Positions 1 to 13,300 of a stretch of 64,000 nt of DNA are shown here, in pieces. The first letter of the stretch is position 1; every line of letters begins with the position of its first letter. The position numbers and the translations under genes were made by a program. Source of the DNA: Squalus acanthias (taxonomy: Eukaryota). The stretch is from positions 620,001 to 684,000 of the forward strand of contig CM059433.1 in NCBI GenBank assembly GCA_030390025.1. Reading direction: 5' to 3'. The notes beneath the pieces were generated by a model. The model had not been told where the DNA came from. It worked only from the letters and a program-made list of their open reading frames with translations, and did no database searches.

Positions 1-390
1 CTCATTGAAGCATACAAAATTATTACAGGGCTTGATAGGGTGGATGCTGGGAGAATGTTTCCCTTGGCTGGGGAGTCTAAAACCAGGGGCCACAGCCTCA
101 GGATAAAGGGTAGGCCATTCAGGACTGAGATGAGAAGAAATTTCTTCACACAGAGGGTGGTGAATCTTTGGAATTCTCTACCCCAGAGGGCTGTGGAGAC
201 TCAGTCATTGGGTATATTCAAAACAGAAGTCGATAGATTTCTGACTAGTAAAGGCATCAAGGGATATGGCGGTAGGGCCGGTGAATGGAGTTGAGGCAGA
301 AGATCAGCCATGATCTCGCTGAATGACGGAGAAGGCTCAAAGGGCCGAATGGCCGACTCCTGCTCCTATTTCTAATGTTCTTATGTTCTT
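1..390 (+). mobile_element. CR1 LINE 3' end (ORF2 C-terminus, 3' UTR, tail)
   Basis: ORF 40..294 has the CR1 ORF2 C-terminal motif TRGHSLRI...RRNFFTQRVVNLWNSLP. It is followed by gggccgaatggcc and a (tgttctta)n-type tail. Confidence 0.9.
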
Positions 391-3300
391 AAGTGCATCT
401 TTCCTCATTCTGTGTTGTTGTTTTTCCAAATGATTGGAAAACAAGCTGGAGAATTAATTTGAAATGTTTTTTCAAATAAAGTTTCAGATTTAAACTATTG
501 TCGAATGCTTTATTTTCACTTGAGAGAGAAAACCTAGCTCAAAGAGAGGGAGATTACAACACTGGTATTTATTGTGTATTCTGTTTTTAATCCAGATTTC
601 CAACATTTGCAGTTTTTCCTTTTGATTTTGATTTTGAATTGCATTTTTAGTTGCTGAGGGGGTTGTTTAGGGGGTGTTGGAGTTTCCTGGTGCTCCACCA
701 CCAGGCAGAAGGAGGACAGGCCACTATTCCTTTGAAAGTTAACTACACATGTTCCTTGGTCTGAATCTATGCTACTTGTGGCTGCTGTGTATCCTCCCCT
801 AAAAAGCACTTACTTAATATTCTAAAGGCAGCTGCATTGTTGAACAGGACTGATGGCATTTCAAAACCAAGAAGCTGCTCCATTGAGACAGACATCTCAG
901 CTTTTCTGTTTGCTCATAATAAGCGATCTTGTCGGCTCCTCTTAATCTTTTCTTTTCTCCAGTGAAAACAAGTTCAGCTCTGATTCTCTCTGCAGAAGTC
1001 CCAAAATCATTGTCATTACCCTTCTTTGAATTCGCTCTAATACTTTCTTTTTAAATATATAGAGTGGCCAAAAGAGCAAACAAAATTCCAAATGTGGCCT
1101 CCACTATGAGCTACACCGGGGTACATAACCTTTTATAATTTAATTAAATGCCTATAATTCATCGCAGTGTTTGATAAGCCTTACTGATGATGGCCTCAGA
1201 CATGGGTGCAAAACATATGTGTTTGTAATTACAGGCTACTTTGTTTAGTTTTACACATCTGTAGGCTGTTAAAGCTCTTACTTTACAGCCATAATTTAGA
1301 ATAGAAAGTTAATTTTTCTTCACCCTTGCATTTTATCTAGACAAACTGATTGAACCACAAAGAGGGGAAAATATCAAGTTTGCCCAGCAAGCACTATCCT
1401 TCATTACAAGCAATAACCAACCCGCAGAACAGTTGATTGAAGTGTGTTAGCTGATTGATGGCAACCAAAGACTGTACACAATGCTTCACAGCCACTTGTC
1501 TGAGTGTTTATTGATGTATTTCATGAGTCTAATGTTACACTCTGTGTTGATGATAACTAGAAAGTGCGACATTCATACTTTCCAGATCTATTTACATTCA
1601 TAGCTATAGTTACTGTAATCTGCTACAGCCAACAGTAATTTCATTAGCTTTACTTAACAAACTATTTGTAGGTTATTATCAGTGCTGACATATGCTGTGT
1701 ATGAGAAACATTTTGCTTTCAATGAGGGTAGTAATGCTTTCTTATTGGGTGAGGCAGCATAGTTGACCTGAGTGCACTTCATCTTCTCCCACCTCGGTTT
1801 ACATTAGCTCTAAAACAAAAGCAACAGTCAGAAAATGTGCTGGTCAACATTTTATTCCTTTCTAATGCTTGTCTTCCTCCATGCTGTCCTGCTACTGGAA
1901 GAGTTAGATGATCTCCTTGAGCACCACCAGGGTCTCTCTGTATTGGACAACTGTGTCAGTTTAATGCAGCAGGACTGATTTTTTTCCTCCTTGCCAAAAA
2001 TGAGTGTGCTGCTCCATATAATGGCTTAGCTTTGAGCCATTGCAGTCCTCTTGTGTCAGCTTAGGCTAGAATTTGAACCCACGCTGCTTAAATAAGAGTC
2101 GAACACTGAGCTTGTGAAGTAACGATTGTGTTAAAGTCCAAATGCAACAATGCAGAAAAAGCACTAAGTGGCATCAAATGTTACATTGTCAGCATGTTAC
2201 AAGTGAGCACAGACGTTCTCTGATTTTCTTCCAAAATTGTGCGGAGCTACAGATTGTTGATGGTTTTCTGTAACTACTGGGCAGGGAGACCATACTTCAT
2301 TCACTTCATTTTGCATTTATAATAAAAACGTGCTATCGAACTAGTAAATGGAAATCAAAACGATGTTAAAGTAAGCAATGTATCTCCACCAGATGCTGTC
2401 CTTGATCACTCTCCAGCAACAGTTGATAGCTTGGCATTGTCATTATTACGTAGGTTGTTTCCACAGCATCTTAGCAAGTTAACAACATTCACAACATACA
2501 GAAAATGAAATTATTTTACATTTTTGTGACGAGGATTCATTGTTTTAAATTTCCCTGTACAGAAGAACTATATCCTGAAGAATTTAGACTGTTTCACAGA
2601 TGTGGTTTTGAGCCCCAAGGTAAGCAAACTAAACTGTTTCATATGTCCTTTTTAAAATTTGATGGAGGTTGAGCTTATATAATCAGCTAGGAATTCTCTC
2701 CTAAGGCAACTTCTTGGGCTATTTTTGTTCACAAGCCATTCTATAGTCACAGAGAACATATGTTAGTATTTTTTTTAAGTGTCAATTTGGTAATTGAAAC
2801 TGATTCCTTTGCAAATATAGTGTTATCTATTACTTTTGAAGTTTATTCCACAACCCACCATTGTTAGACATAAATCTGGACTGAGTAATGGAGCAATATT
2901 GCCATCAGCTGAGTTGGGCCTAGCCTCTCAAACACGGGCACAACCAGTCCACCTAAATGACTATTTGCTATGTCTGTAGCTAAATACTGGTAAACACACA
3001 TCTATCAGGAAATGCTGTTTGGGTCGGGATTATGCCAGGATCAGGATTTCTATGAAGTGGGAGTAAAAACGGATCTAAATTGCAGATCATTTTACCACAA
3101 CTTTTCTAATCATTCATTCTGCAATTTTTTTTTATTCGTTTATGGGATGTGGGCATCGTTGGCAATATAAACAAAACCAAGACTAACCACAAGAAGAACA
3201 CATTATTTTGTAATTTGATTTTTATTAAGTTGTCCAGTGAAGACATTAATGAACAGTAGATATCATTCTTCTGGTAACAACTATGTTCAAGTTCATTTTC

Positions 3301-4327
3301 CTAAGTTGAGTTGTTTTCGTAGCATCTTAGCAAGGATAGGAACCTAGGTGTAGATTCAGAAAGGAGAGAAGCAAAACTGGAAATGGAAGGCAGAAAATTA
3401 GTAAGTGAGTTTGGAAGGCAAATGAAACAAAGGCTAGAAAATAGACAACAAAGGGGTTTGGCGTGCTTAGTCTAGTGAATAAGGCAGATAAGCTGAGGTC
3501 ACAGATAGACACGTGGAAGTACGATATCACAGCTATTACTGAAACATGGCTGAAAGAAGGGCAGGAATGGCAGCTCAACATTCCTGGTTACAGGGTTTTC
3601 AGATGCGATAGAGAGGGCGATAAAAAAGGACGGGGGGGTCACAACATTGGTTAAAGAACGGGGATAAAATCAGTTTTAAAGGTATAGAGGGCGCAGAATT
3701 CTTAAAATGCATTCAGGAGAACTTTTTTGGCCAGCACGTAGCAAGCCCAACAAGAGAGGTGGCGGTTCTGGACTTAGTTTTAGAGAATGAAGCTGGGCAG
3801 GTGGAAGGGGTATCAGTGGGAGAGCAGTTTGGTGGTAGTGATCATAATTCAGTTAGATTTAGCATAGTTATGGAAAAGGACAAAGATAGACCAGGAGTAA
3901 AAGTTCTCAATTGGGGAAAGGCCAATTTTACTAAGCTGACATGTGAATTGGCAAAAGTGGACTGCAAACAGCTACTTGAAGGTAAATCAGTGTCAGGAGG
4001 AGATAGTGACGGTTCAGTGCAAATATGTTCCCACAAAGAAAAAGGGTGGGACTAACAAATCCAGAGCCCCCTGGATGTCAAGGAGCTTACAGGGTAGGAT
4101 AAGGAAAAATGGGAAGCTTATGTCAGATACTGAGACCTAAATACTGCAGAAAGCCTAGGAGTATAAAAAGTGCAGGGGTGAAATTAAAAAGGAAAGTAGG
4201 AAAGCAAAGAGAGGGCATAAAAAATATTGGCCAGTAAAATCATGGAAAACCCAAAGATGTTTTATAAATACATAAAGAGCAAGAGGATAACTAAGGAAAG
4301 AGTAGGGCCTATTAGAGACCAAAAAGG

Positions 4328-6326
4328 CTTCTTGGATGACGAGGGAGATAGAGAAGATGATGAAACAAAAAAAGAGGGTGTATGATGAATGTCAGGTGAA
4401 TTCTTCAAGGGAGAACCAGACCAAATACAATAAGTTGAGAGGGGAAGTGAAGATGAAAATAAGATTGGCAAAGAGAGAATATGAGAGTAGAATGGCAGTT
4501 AACATAAAAGGGAACCCAAAAATCTTCTACCGGCATGTAAACAGTAAGCGGGTAGCAAGAGGCGGAGTGGGACTAATAGGGACAAATAAGGTGATATATG
4601 CTTAGAGGCGCAGGGCAAGGCTAGAATACTCAATGAGTACTTTGTATTGGTGTTTACTAAGGAGGTGGATGCTGACAAAATATCAGTAGAAGTGGAAAAG
4701 GTAGAAGCAACGGAAGGGTGAAAATTGATAAACAGGATGCACTAGAAAGGCTGGGTATGCTTAGAGTGGATAAGTCGCCTGGTCCAGGTGGCTTGCATCC
4801 CAGGTTGCTAAGGGAATTGGGGGAGGAGATAGCGGAAGGGCTTGCCATAATTTTCCAATCTTCCCTCGATGCGGGGAGGTGCCTGAGGATTGGAAAGTGG
4901 CAAATGTGACACCATTGTTCAAGAAAGGGTGTAAGGACAATCCTAGTAACTACAGCCCAGTCAGTTTAACATCAGTGGTGGGTAAAGTTTTAGAAACAAT
5001 AATCAAGGAAAAAATTAATGGGCACTTGGAGAGGTTTAAGCTAATTAAGGAGAGCCAACACGGATTTGTAAAAGGCAGATCGTGTTTGACTAATCTAATT
5101 TAATTTTTTGATGAAGTAACAGGGAGAATTGATGAAGGGAATGCAATGGATGTTGTCTACATGGATTTTCAGAAGGCGTTTGACAAAGTACCACATAGAA
5201 GGCTGGTTAACAAAATTGAGGCTCATGGAATAGGTGGGTCAGTGGCAGCTTGGATAAGGAATTGGCTTAAGGACAGAAAACAGCAAGTTGTGGTAAATGG
5301 CTGTTTTTCAGACTGGAGGATGGTAGACAGTGGTGTTCCCCAAGGGTCAGTGCTGGGGCCACTGCTTTTTTGATATATATAAATGACCTGGATATTGGAA
5401 TACAGAGTAGAATTTCTAAATTTCCTGATGACACCAAACTTGGGGGTGTGGCAAACAGTGAGGATGATACCAATCGACTGCAACAGGACAAAGAAAGGCT
5501 AGCAGAATGGACAGACAAGTGGCAGATGGAATTTAATACAGAGAAGTGTGAGGTGATGCATTTTGGCAGAAGGAACAGGGAGAGGCAATATACACTTAAT
5601 GGCACAGTTTTAAAGAGTGCGCAGGGACAGAGGGACCTGGGAGTTAATGTGCATAGGTCCCTGAAGGTGGCGGCACATATTGAGAGAGTGGTTAGCAAAG
5701 CATATGGGATCTTGAGTACAAAAGTAGAGAAGTTATGCTGAACCTTTATAAAGTGCTGGTTAGGCCACAACTGGAGTATTGCGTCCAGTTCTGCTCACCA
5801 CACTTTAAGAAAGATGGGAAGGCACTTGAGAGGGTGCAGAGGAGATTTACTAGAATGGTTCCGGGGATGGGGGATCTTAGCTACAAGGACAGGTTGTAGA
5901 AGCTGGATTTGTTTTCATTAGAGCAAAGGAGGTTGAGGGGTGATTTGATAGAGGTGTACAAGATTATGGCGGGTTTGGATAGGCTAGACGGGGAAAGGCT
6001 GTTCCCACTAGTTGATGGTACAAGGACTAGGGGTCACAGATTTAAGGTTTTGGGCAAGAGATACAGGGGGGACATGAGGAAAAACTTGTTTACGCAGCGA
6101 GTGGTGAGGACCTGAAACTCGCTGCAGACGGAAGTGGTGGAAGCGGAGACACTCAATGTTTTCAAGTGGAGACTGGATAGGCACTTGAGGGAAATAAACT
6201 TGCAGGGCTACGGTGATAGAGCGGGGGAGTGGGACTGATGGATTGCTCTACAGAGAGCCAGCATGGACTCAATGGGCCGAATGGCCTCCTTCTGAGCCGT
6301 TATGACTCTATGACTATGACTCTATG
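4328..6326 (+). mobile_element. 5'-truncated CR1 LINE (copy B) inserted in copy A
   Basis: Frameshifted ORF2 pieces 4336-6115 (PEDWKVANVTPLFKKG, YMDFQKAFDKVPH, PQGSVLGP, FPDD). Ends in a (tatgactc)n tail at about 6301-6326. Confidence 0.88.
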
Positions 6327-8086
6327 AGCGTGCATGGAGGCAGAAGACATGGGTATGGTTCTTAATTAATACTTTACATCTGTCTTCACAAAGGAGAGGG
6401 ATGATGCAGACATTGTAGTTAAGGAGGAGATAAACATAGTGAGAGAGGAAATATTAAAAGGTTTAGCATCTTTGAAAATAGATAAATCACCAGGCCCGGA
6501 TGAAATGTATCCCAGGCTGTTAAGAGAAGCAAGGGAGGAAATAGCAGAAGCTCTGAGCATCATTTTCCAATCCTCTCTGGCTACAGGTGTGTTGCTGGAG
6601 GACTGCTAACGTTGTACCATTTTTAAAAAAGGGAGAAAGGGATAGATGGAGTAATTACAGGCCAGTCAGCCTAACATTGGCGGTGAGCAAAATATTGGTA
6701 AAAATTCTGAGGGACAGCATTAATCACCATTTAGAAAGGCACAGATTAATCAAGGACAGTCGACATGGATTTGTTAAGGGAAGGTTGTGTCTGACTAACT
6801 TGATTGAATTTTCTGAGGAGGGTCAATGAGGGTAGTGTGTTTGATGTAGTCTACATGGATTTTAGCAAAGCTATTGATAAAGTCCCACATGGAAGACTGG
6901 TCAGAAAATTAAAAGCCCATGGGATCCAAGGGAAAATGGCAACTTGGATCACAAATTGGCTCAGTGCCAGGAAGCAAAGGGTAATGGTCAACTGGTGTTT
7001 TTGTGACTGGAAGGCTGATTCCAGTGGGATTCCGCAGGGCTCAGTACTAGGTCACTTGCTTTTCGTGGTATATATCAATGATTTAGACTTCAATGTAGGG
7101 GGCATGATTAAGACGTTTGCAGATGATACAAAAATTGGCCGTGTGGTTGACAGTGAGGAGGAAAGCTTTAGACTGCAGGAAGATATCAATGGACTGGTCA
7201 GGTGGGCAGAAAAGTGGCAATTGGAATTCAATGTGGAGAAGTGTGAGGTAATGCAATTGAGGAGGGCTAACACTATAAATGGTGGGATACTGAGAAGTGT
7301 ACAGGAACAGAGGGACCTTGGAGTACATGTTCACAGATCCTTGAAAGTAGCAGGACAGGTAGATAAGGTGGTTAAGAAGGCATACGGGATACTTGCATTT
7401 AATAGCCGAGGCATAGAATATAGAGCAGGGCGGTTATGCTTGAACTGTATAAAACACTAGTTAGGCCACAGCTAGAGTACTGTGTACAGTTCTGGTCACC
7501 ACATTACAGGAAAGATGTGATTGTGAAGGGATAATTACTAGTCCTAGCCCTTTTCGGGCCACCCCGGATCAGGCGTATTCCCCAGACGTTCACCTTCAAC
7601 TAAAGTTAGAGATAGCCGAATCCTATAAGATGCTTAATTGGGTCTAAAGGTTCAGACTATCTCTCCCTAAAGGAAAGGAATGACTTGAAGATGTTACCAT
7701 CCTCCAGATAGCACTTTTAATAAGTTTAACTAGACTGTAACCTTCCAGATATTATGAGGGTCCGGAAACCACCCCCCCCCCCCCCCAGAATTCTGCAACT
7801 CCTCACAAAAGAGTGTACAGAGATTGAGTTCGCGAGTTTGATACAGAAGTACTCTGTGAGACAATTCTAAAAATATATAGATTTATTAAAGAACCGACAT
7901 GTAGTTAACAATTGGTGAGTCAATCGCAACTTTAACAGTTCATAATACAAATAGCTTACAATTCTATTCTCAGAGATCCTTATTCTCAAATCTTAACTTT
8001 GTTACATTTTTACATTTCTACTTATTCTTAATCCAGAATATCCACCAAAATCAAATAAAAGTACCTTTTGATCCCCGAGACTCAAA

Positions 8087-9074
8087 GGGCTGGATTTTGA
8101 TACTGGGGTCGGGTTGGGGTCGTGAATCCCACTTTTTGGGTTGTAGACCCGCCTCCATCGACTTGTGGCCAACCCACTGTATTTTCCCTTGATTGACCTT
8201 GTTGAGCCTGCCCAGTGAGCTCAGCAGGCCAATTAAGGGCCACCCGGCAACAGGTGACGTCCCGAGAACTGAAACATAGAAACATAGAATCTAGGAGCAG
8301 GAGTAGGCCATTCGGCCCGTCGAGCCTGCTCCACCATTCAATACAATCATGGCTGATCATCCAAGTCCAGTACCCTGTCCCTGCTTTAATCCCCACAGTA
8401 CACATATCCCACCCTACCCCCGTAACCCCACGTATTTAATTCCCCCTAACATATCCCATCCTATCCCCATAACCCCACATATTTAATCCCCCCCTAACAC
8501 TAAGGGTCAATTTATCACAGCCAAATCAACCTAACCCGCACATTTTTGGACTGTGGGAGGAAACCAGAGCACCCGGAGGAAACCCACGCAGACACGGGGA
8601 GAATGTGCAAACTCCACACAGACAGTCACCCGAAGGGCTGACACCTGCAGGAGGAAGTTAAGGTAAGTAAAACTTTTTCCCACACTTTGCACTTACCACA
8701 GACTTACCTCTGCACACATGCACCCATCACTCACCTGCCCACCAGACATATCGACCCCTCCAACCCCTGCAGACCCACGGTCCGCCCCGATAACTTGGCA
8801 TGGTTGGCACCTGTCGGGAAGCCCACATTTCAGCCGTCAAAATAGGGATTAGGCAAAAAACTGCCTGTTAACTACCTGTTAACAGGCAGTTACTTGTCAC
8901 TAATCCCTTCCCGCCTCGGGGAGTCGGGTCCCAGCACAGGTCGGGTACCCGCCGCCAGCGAAACTGGCATGGAGGCGGGTTGGGGGCGGAATGGGGTCGG
9001 GACCCCCGAATCTGCAACTTTAACCCCCCACACGCCTCCAAATCCGACTCCACGGGTCAATGAAAATCCAGCCC
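8087..9074. mobile_element. Non-autonomous PIF/Harbinger-type MITE
   Basis: TIRs GGGCTGGATTTT / AAAATCCAGCCC with a 3-bp flanking duplication AAA. The TIR equals the right end of the Harbinger element at 47538. Confidence 0.8.
8271..8636 (-). mobile_element. 5'-truncated V-SINE (HE1-like) with CR1-derived 3' tail
   Basis: V-SINE-like core ggactgtgggaggaaaccagagcacccggaggaaacccacgcagacacggggagaa on the + strand. CR1-type tail (aacataga)n...taggccattcggccc at 8271-8320. Family recognised from memory. Confidence 0.75.
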
Positions 9075-10399
9075 AAAGAGTTAAAAACTTAGAGCCTGCC
9101 TCTGAAGCTGAGAATCGCCTGCCCGTTCCAACGACTTCTGACTTCCTATCTGAAAGCACTATATTTTATACCCTTTTTGCAGTGGCATATTCTTTGAAGT
9201 TTTCTGCTGATGTAAGCTAATCATCTCCAGTCATCTTTCTGTTGACTTCTTTCTAATCTTACTGTCAGTTCAGCTGTTAACTTGCAGAATTCTGTCTCTA
9301 CCTTTAAGTGTTCAAAACCTATCATAAAAAATGGTTATAACAGATTTATCTATTTGATGCCATTCTTACGAGGTCTTCTATTGAATTCTTAAACCAGTTT
9401 AGCTGCTTGTATTACAGACTTTGCGTCTCCGTGTGTTCCAAGTTCAACACATAAATGTGATTACTTGGTGCATCTATTGATGTAATATTTACAAAGTCTT
9501 CTGTTTGTACCTTTTACAATCTGTAAATCAAAAACACTTCAACTGAGTACTTGATTGTTTCCCCAGCCATCTTAGTTGGTTATATTACAAACTTATGTTC
9601 TCTGTCTTTCATTTGATGTTATTTTTTACAAAGACACATGTTTTTTTTTTATGTTCTGTGTTTCTGTTCGAAGTGTTAGTTTTTAACACTTAAACTGGGT
9701 ATAGTTATTGTGTTGGTTCCAAACTGCAGACTTCTTGGAACCAACTCTTTGCTTCTTCAATAGGGTCATTGTCTCAGTGTCAACAACCAATTCCCATTTC
9801 AAAAGCTTGTATGGTGTTTACAGCTTTGTGACTCATCTTATCTCAGAAGCCTGTATTTACAGCTTTGCGTCATTGAGGCTTTTAGATTTTTAAACCCAGT
9901 TTGTCATATTTTAATAAAGTCAGAATTCTGTTCATAGGATGGTGTATTTTTCTGAAATATGGCTATTCCTTTACAATTGCACTAGAGAGGGTACAGAGGA
10001 GATTTACGAGGATGTTGCCAGGACTGGAGAATTTTAGCTGTGAGGAAAGATTGGATAGGCTGGGGTTGTTTTCTTTGGAGCAGAGGAGGCTGAGGGGAGA
10101 TTTAATTGAGGTGTATAAAATTATGAGGGGCCTAGATAGAGTGGATAGGAAGGACCTATTTCCCTTAGCAGAGAGGTCAATAACCAGGGGGCATAGATTT
10201 AATGTAATTGTAGAAGGATTAGAGGGGAGTTGAGGAGAACTTTTTTCACCCAGAGGCAGGTGGAACTCTCTACCTGAAAGGGTGGTAGAGGCAGAAACCC
10301 TCTTAAAAAGCACTTGGATATGCACTTGAACATACGAATTAGGAGCAGGAGTAGGCCACTCGGCCGTTTGAGCCTGCTTCGCCATTCAATAAGATCATG

Positions 10400-13300
10400 G
10401 CTGATCCAATTACTCCACATTCCCGCCTACCCCCGATAACTTTTCACCCCATTGCTTACCTCTGCCTTAAAAATATTCAAAGACTCTGCTTCCACCACCC
10501 TCTGAGGAAGAGAGTTCCAAAGACTCACGACCCTCTGAGAGAAAAAATTTCTCCTCATCTCTGTCTTAAATGGGCGACCCTTATTTTCAAACAGTGACCC
10601 CTAGTTCTAGATTCTCCCACAAGAGGAAACATCCTCTCCACATCCATCCTGTCCAGACCCCTCAGGATCTTATACGTTTCAATCAAGTCACCTCTTATTC
10701 TTCTAAACTCCAGCGGATACAAGCCTAGCCTGTCCAACCTTTCCTCATAAGACAACCCGCCCATTCCAGGTATTAGTCTAGTAAACCTTCTCTGAACTGC
10801 TTCCAACGCATTTACATCCTTCCTTAAATAAGGAGACCAATACTGTACACAGTACTCCAGATGTGGTCTCACCAATGCCCTGTATAACAGAAGCATAACC
10901 TCCCTACTTTTGTATTAAATTCCCCTCGCAATAAACGGTAACATTCTATTAGCTTTCCTAATTACTTGCTGTACCTGCATAGTAACCTTTTGTGATTCAT
11001 GCACTAGGACACCCAGATCCCTCTGCATCTCTCAGAGCTCTGCAATCTCTCACCATTTAGATAATATGCTTCTTTTTTATTCTTCCTGACAAAATGGACA
11101 ACTTCACATTTTCCCACATTATACTCCATTTGCCAGATCTTTGCCCACTCACTTAACTTATCTATATCCCTTTGTAGCCTCCTTATGTCCTCTTCACAAT
11201 TTACTTTCCTACCTATCTTTGTGTCATCAGCAAATTTAGCAACCATACCTTCGGTCACTTCATCCAAGTCATTTATATAAATTGTAAAAAGTTGAGGCCC
11301 CAGCACTGATCCCGGTGGCACACCACTCGTTACATCTTGCCAATCAGAAAATGACCCATTTATGCCTACTCTCTGTTTCCTGTTAGCTAGCCAATCTTCT
11401 ATCCATGCCAATATGTTACCCCCTACACCATGAGCTTTTATTTTCCGCAATAACATTTGATGTGGCACCTTATCAAATGCCTTCTGGAAATCTAAGTACA
11501 GTACATCCACCGGTTCCCCTTTATCCACAGCACATGTTACTTCCTCAAAGAACTCCAATAAATTGGTTAAACATGATTTCCCTTGCACAAAACCATGTTG
11601 ACTCCGCCTGATTACTTTGAACTTTTCAAAATGCCCTGCTATAACATCTTTAATAACGGGCCAAAAATTCGGCTCTCTGGCTTCCCGCGGGTGCAAGGAT
11701 CGTGCGCGTACTTACATACCGCGCCTGCCGTTGTGCTTCGGGCCCGCGTGGAATTCGGCTCCTGAGCCTCCTGCAGCTGCCGGCGCGCAGTGCTTGCGTA
11801 TCCCAGGGGCGCAGTTAGTTCAAAGTGTCCCCTGGGATCACGTGGGCCATGGAGAACCAATCAGAGCAGGGAATCTTCATTCATAGATTTTGACAGGAAG
11901 ACCTGTCAAATCTATGAATAGAGATCGGCCCCAAAACCTCACTAAAACTTCAAATAAATAAATAAAAAATCACATTTTTAAAATAACTATAAATTACATA
12001 AATTAACTACTTTAAACAAAAATTTAAATTTTTGAAAAAATTAATTTCACTTTTTAACGGTGCTAAAAAATAAACTTACCTTTCTTTAAAGTATGTAAAA
12101 AAGATAAACCTGTTGAAAAAATGTTTAAATTGTAGTTAATTCACCACTTACCTTGTTAAAAGCAGGCCTTGCGCCTCCTTTTTTCCTGCGCAGCTTCTCC
12201 GTACTTACCCTCACGGAGAAACCTGAAAAAAAAACGAAGTTCGCTGCGTGCGCGCTGCCTCTCCGGCACACAACCTCTGAACCCCTTCCTTCAAGGGAAC
12301 GGAAGTTCCGGTTTCCAACACATGCGCAGTGCATGCACGAAACTGGCACTTTTGTTGGGTCTACGGGTGAGTGCACAGCGCGTACTCACCCGTGGAGACC
12401 CGAATTTCTGGCCCAATAGCTTCCAACATCTTCCCTATGACAGATGTTAAGCTAACTGGCCTGTAGTTTCCTGCTTTCTGTCTCACTCCCTTTTTGAATA
12501 AAGGAGTTACATTCGCTATTTTCCAATCTAATGGAACCTTCCCCCAAGCTAGGGAATTTTGGAAAATTAAAACCAACGCATCAACTATCTCACTAGCTAC
12601 TTCTTTTAAGACCCTAGGATGAAGTCCATCAGGACCCGGGGACTTGTCAGCCCGCAGCTCCAACAATTTGCTCAGTACCACTTCCCTGGTGATTATAATT
12701 TTCTTGAGTTCCTCCCTCCCTTCCATTTCCTGATTTACAGCTATTTCTGGGATGTTACTTGTATCCTCTATAGTGAAGACCGATGCAAAATACCTGTTCA
12801 GTTCAACTGCCATCTCCTTATTTTCCATTATTAATTCCCCAGACTCACTTTTTATAGGATCAACGCTCACTTTGTTAATTCTTCTTTTTTAAATATCTAT
12901 AGAAATTCTTACTATCTGTTTTTATATTTCTAGCTAGCTTTCTCTTGCACTCTAATTTTTCTCTCCTTATTAATCTTTTAGTCATTCTTTGCTGTTTTTT
13001 ATATTCTGTCCAATCTTCTGACCTGCCACCCATCTTTGCGCAATTATATGCTTTTTCTTTAAGTTTAATACTATCTTTAACTTTTTTAGTTAACCACGGA
13101 TGGTGGGTCCTCCCCTTGGAATTTTTCTTTCTTGTTGGAATGTATATATTCTGTGTATTTTGAAATATCCCCTTAAATGTCTGCCACAGCAACTCTATTG
13201 ACCTATCCCTTAACCTAATTTGCCAGTTCACTTTAGCTAGCTCTGCTTTCATGCCCTCATAATTGCCCTTATTTAAGTTTATAATACTAGTCTTGGACCC

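Larger units (their letters stand above)
7524..9975. mobile_element. Probable solo LTR (about 1.46 kb after removing the nested MITE)
   Basis: Non-coding insertion in CR1 ORF2 that starts TGAAGGGATAAT and ends ATTCCTTTACA (TG...CA, imperfect terminal inverted repeat). Flanked by a 4-bp duplication ATTG (7520-7523 / 9976-9979). Confidence 0.7.

Noticed and set aside
11004..12870. ORFs with novel-looking termini fused to RT (11004..11696, 12361..12870, also 58786..59487)
   Set aside because: They are read-through into the inserted MITE, not real fusions.
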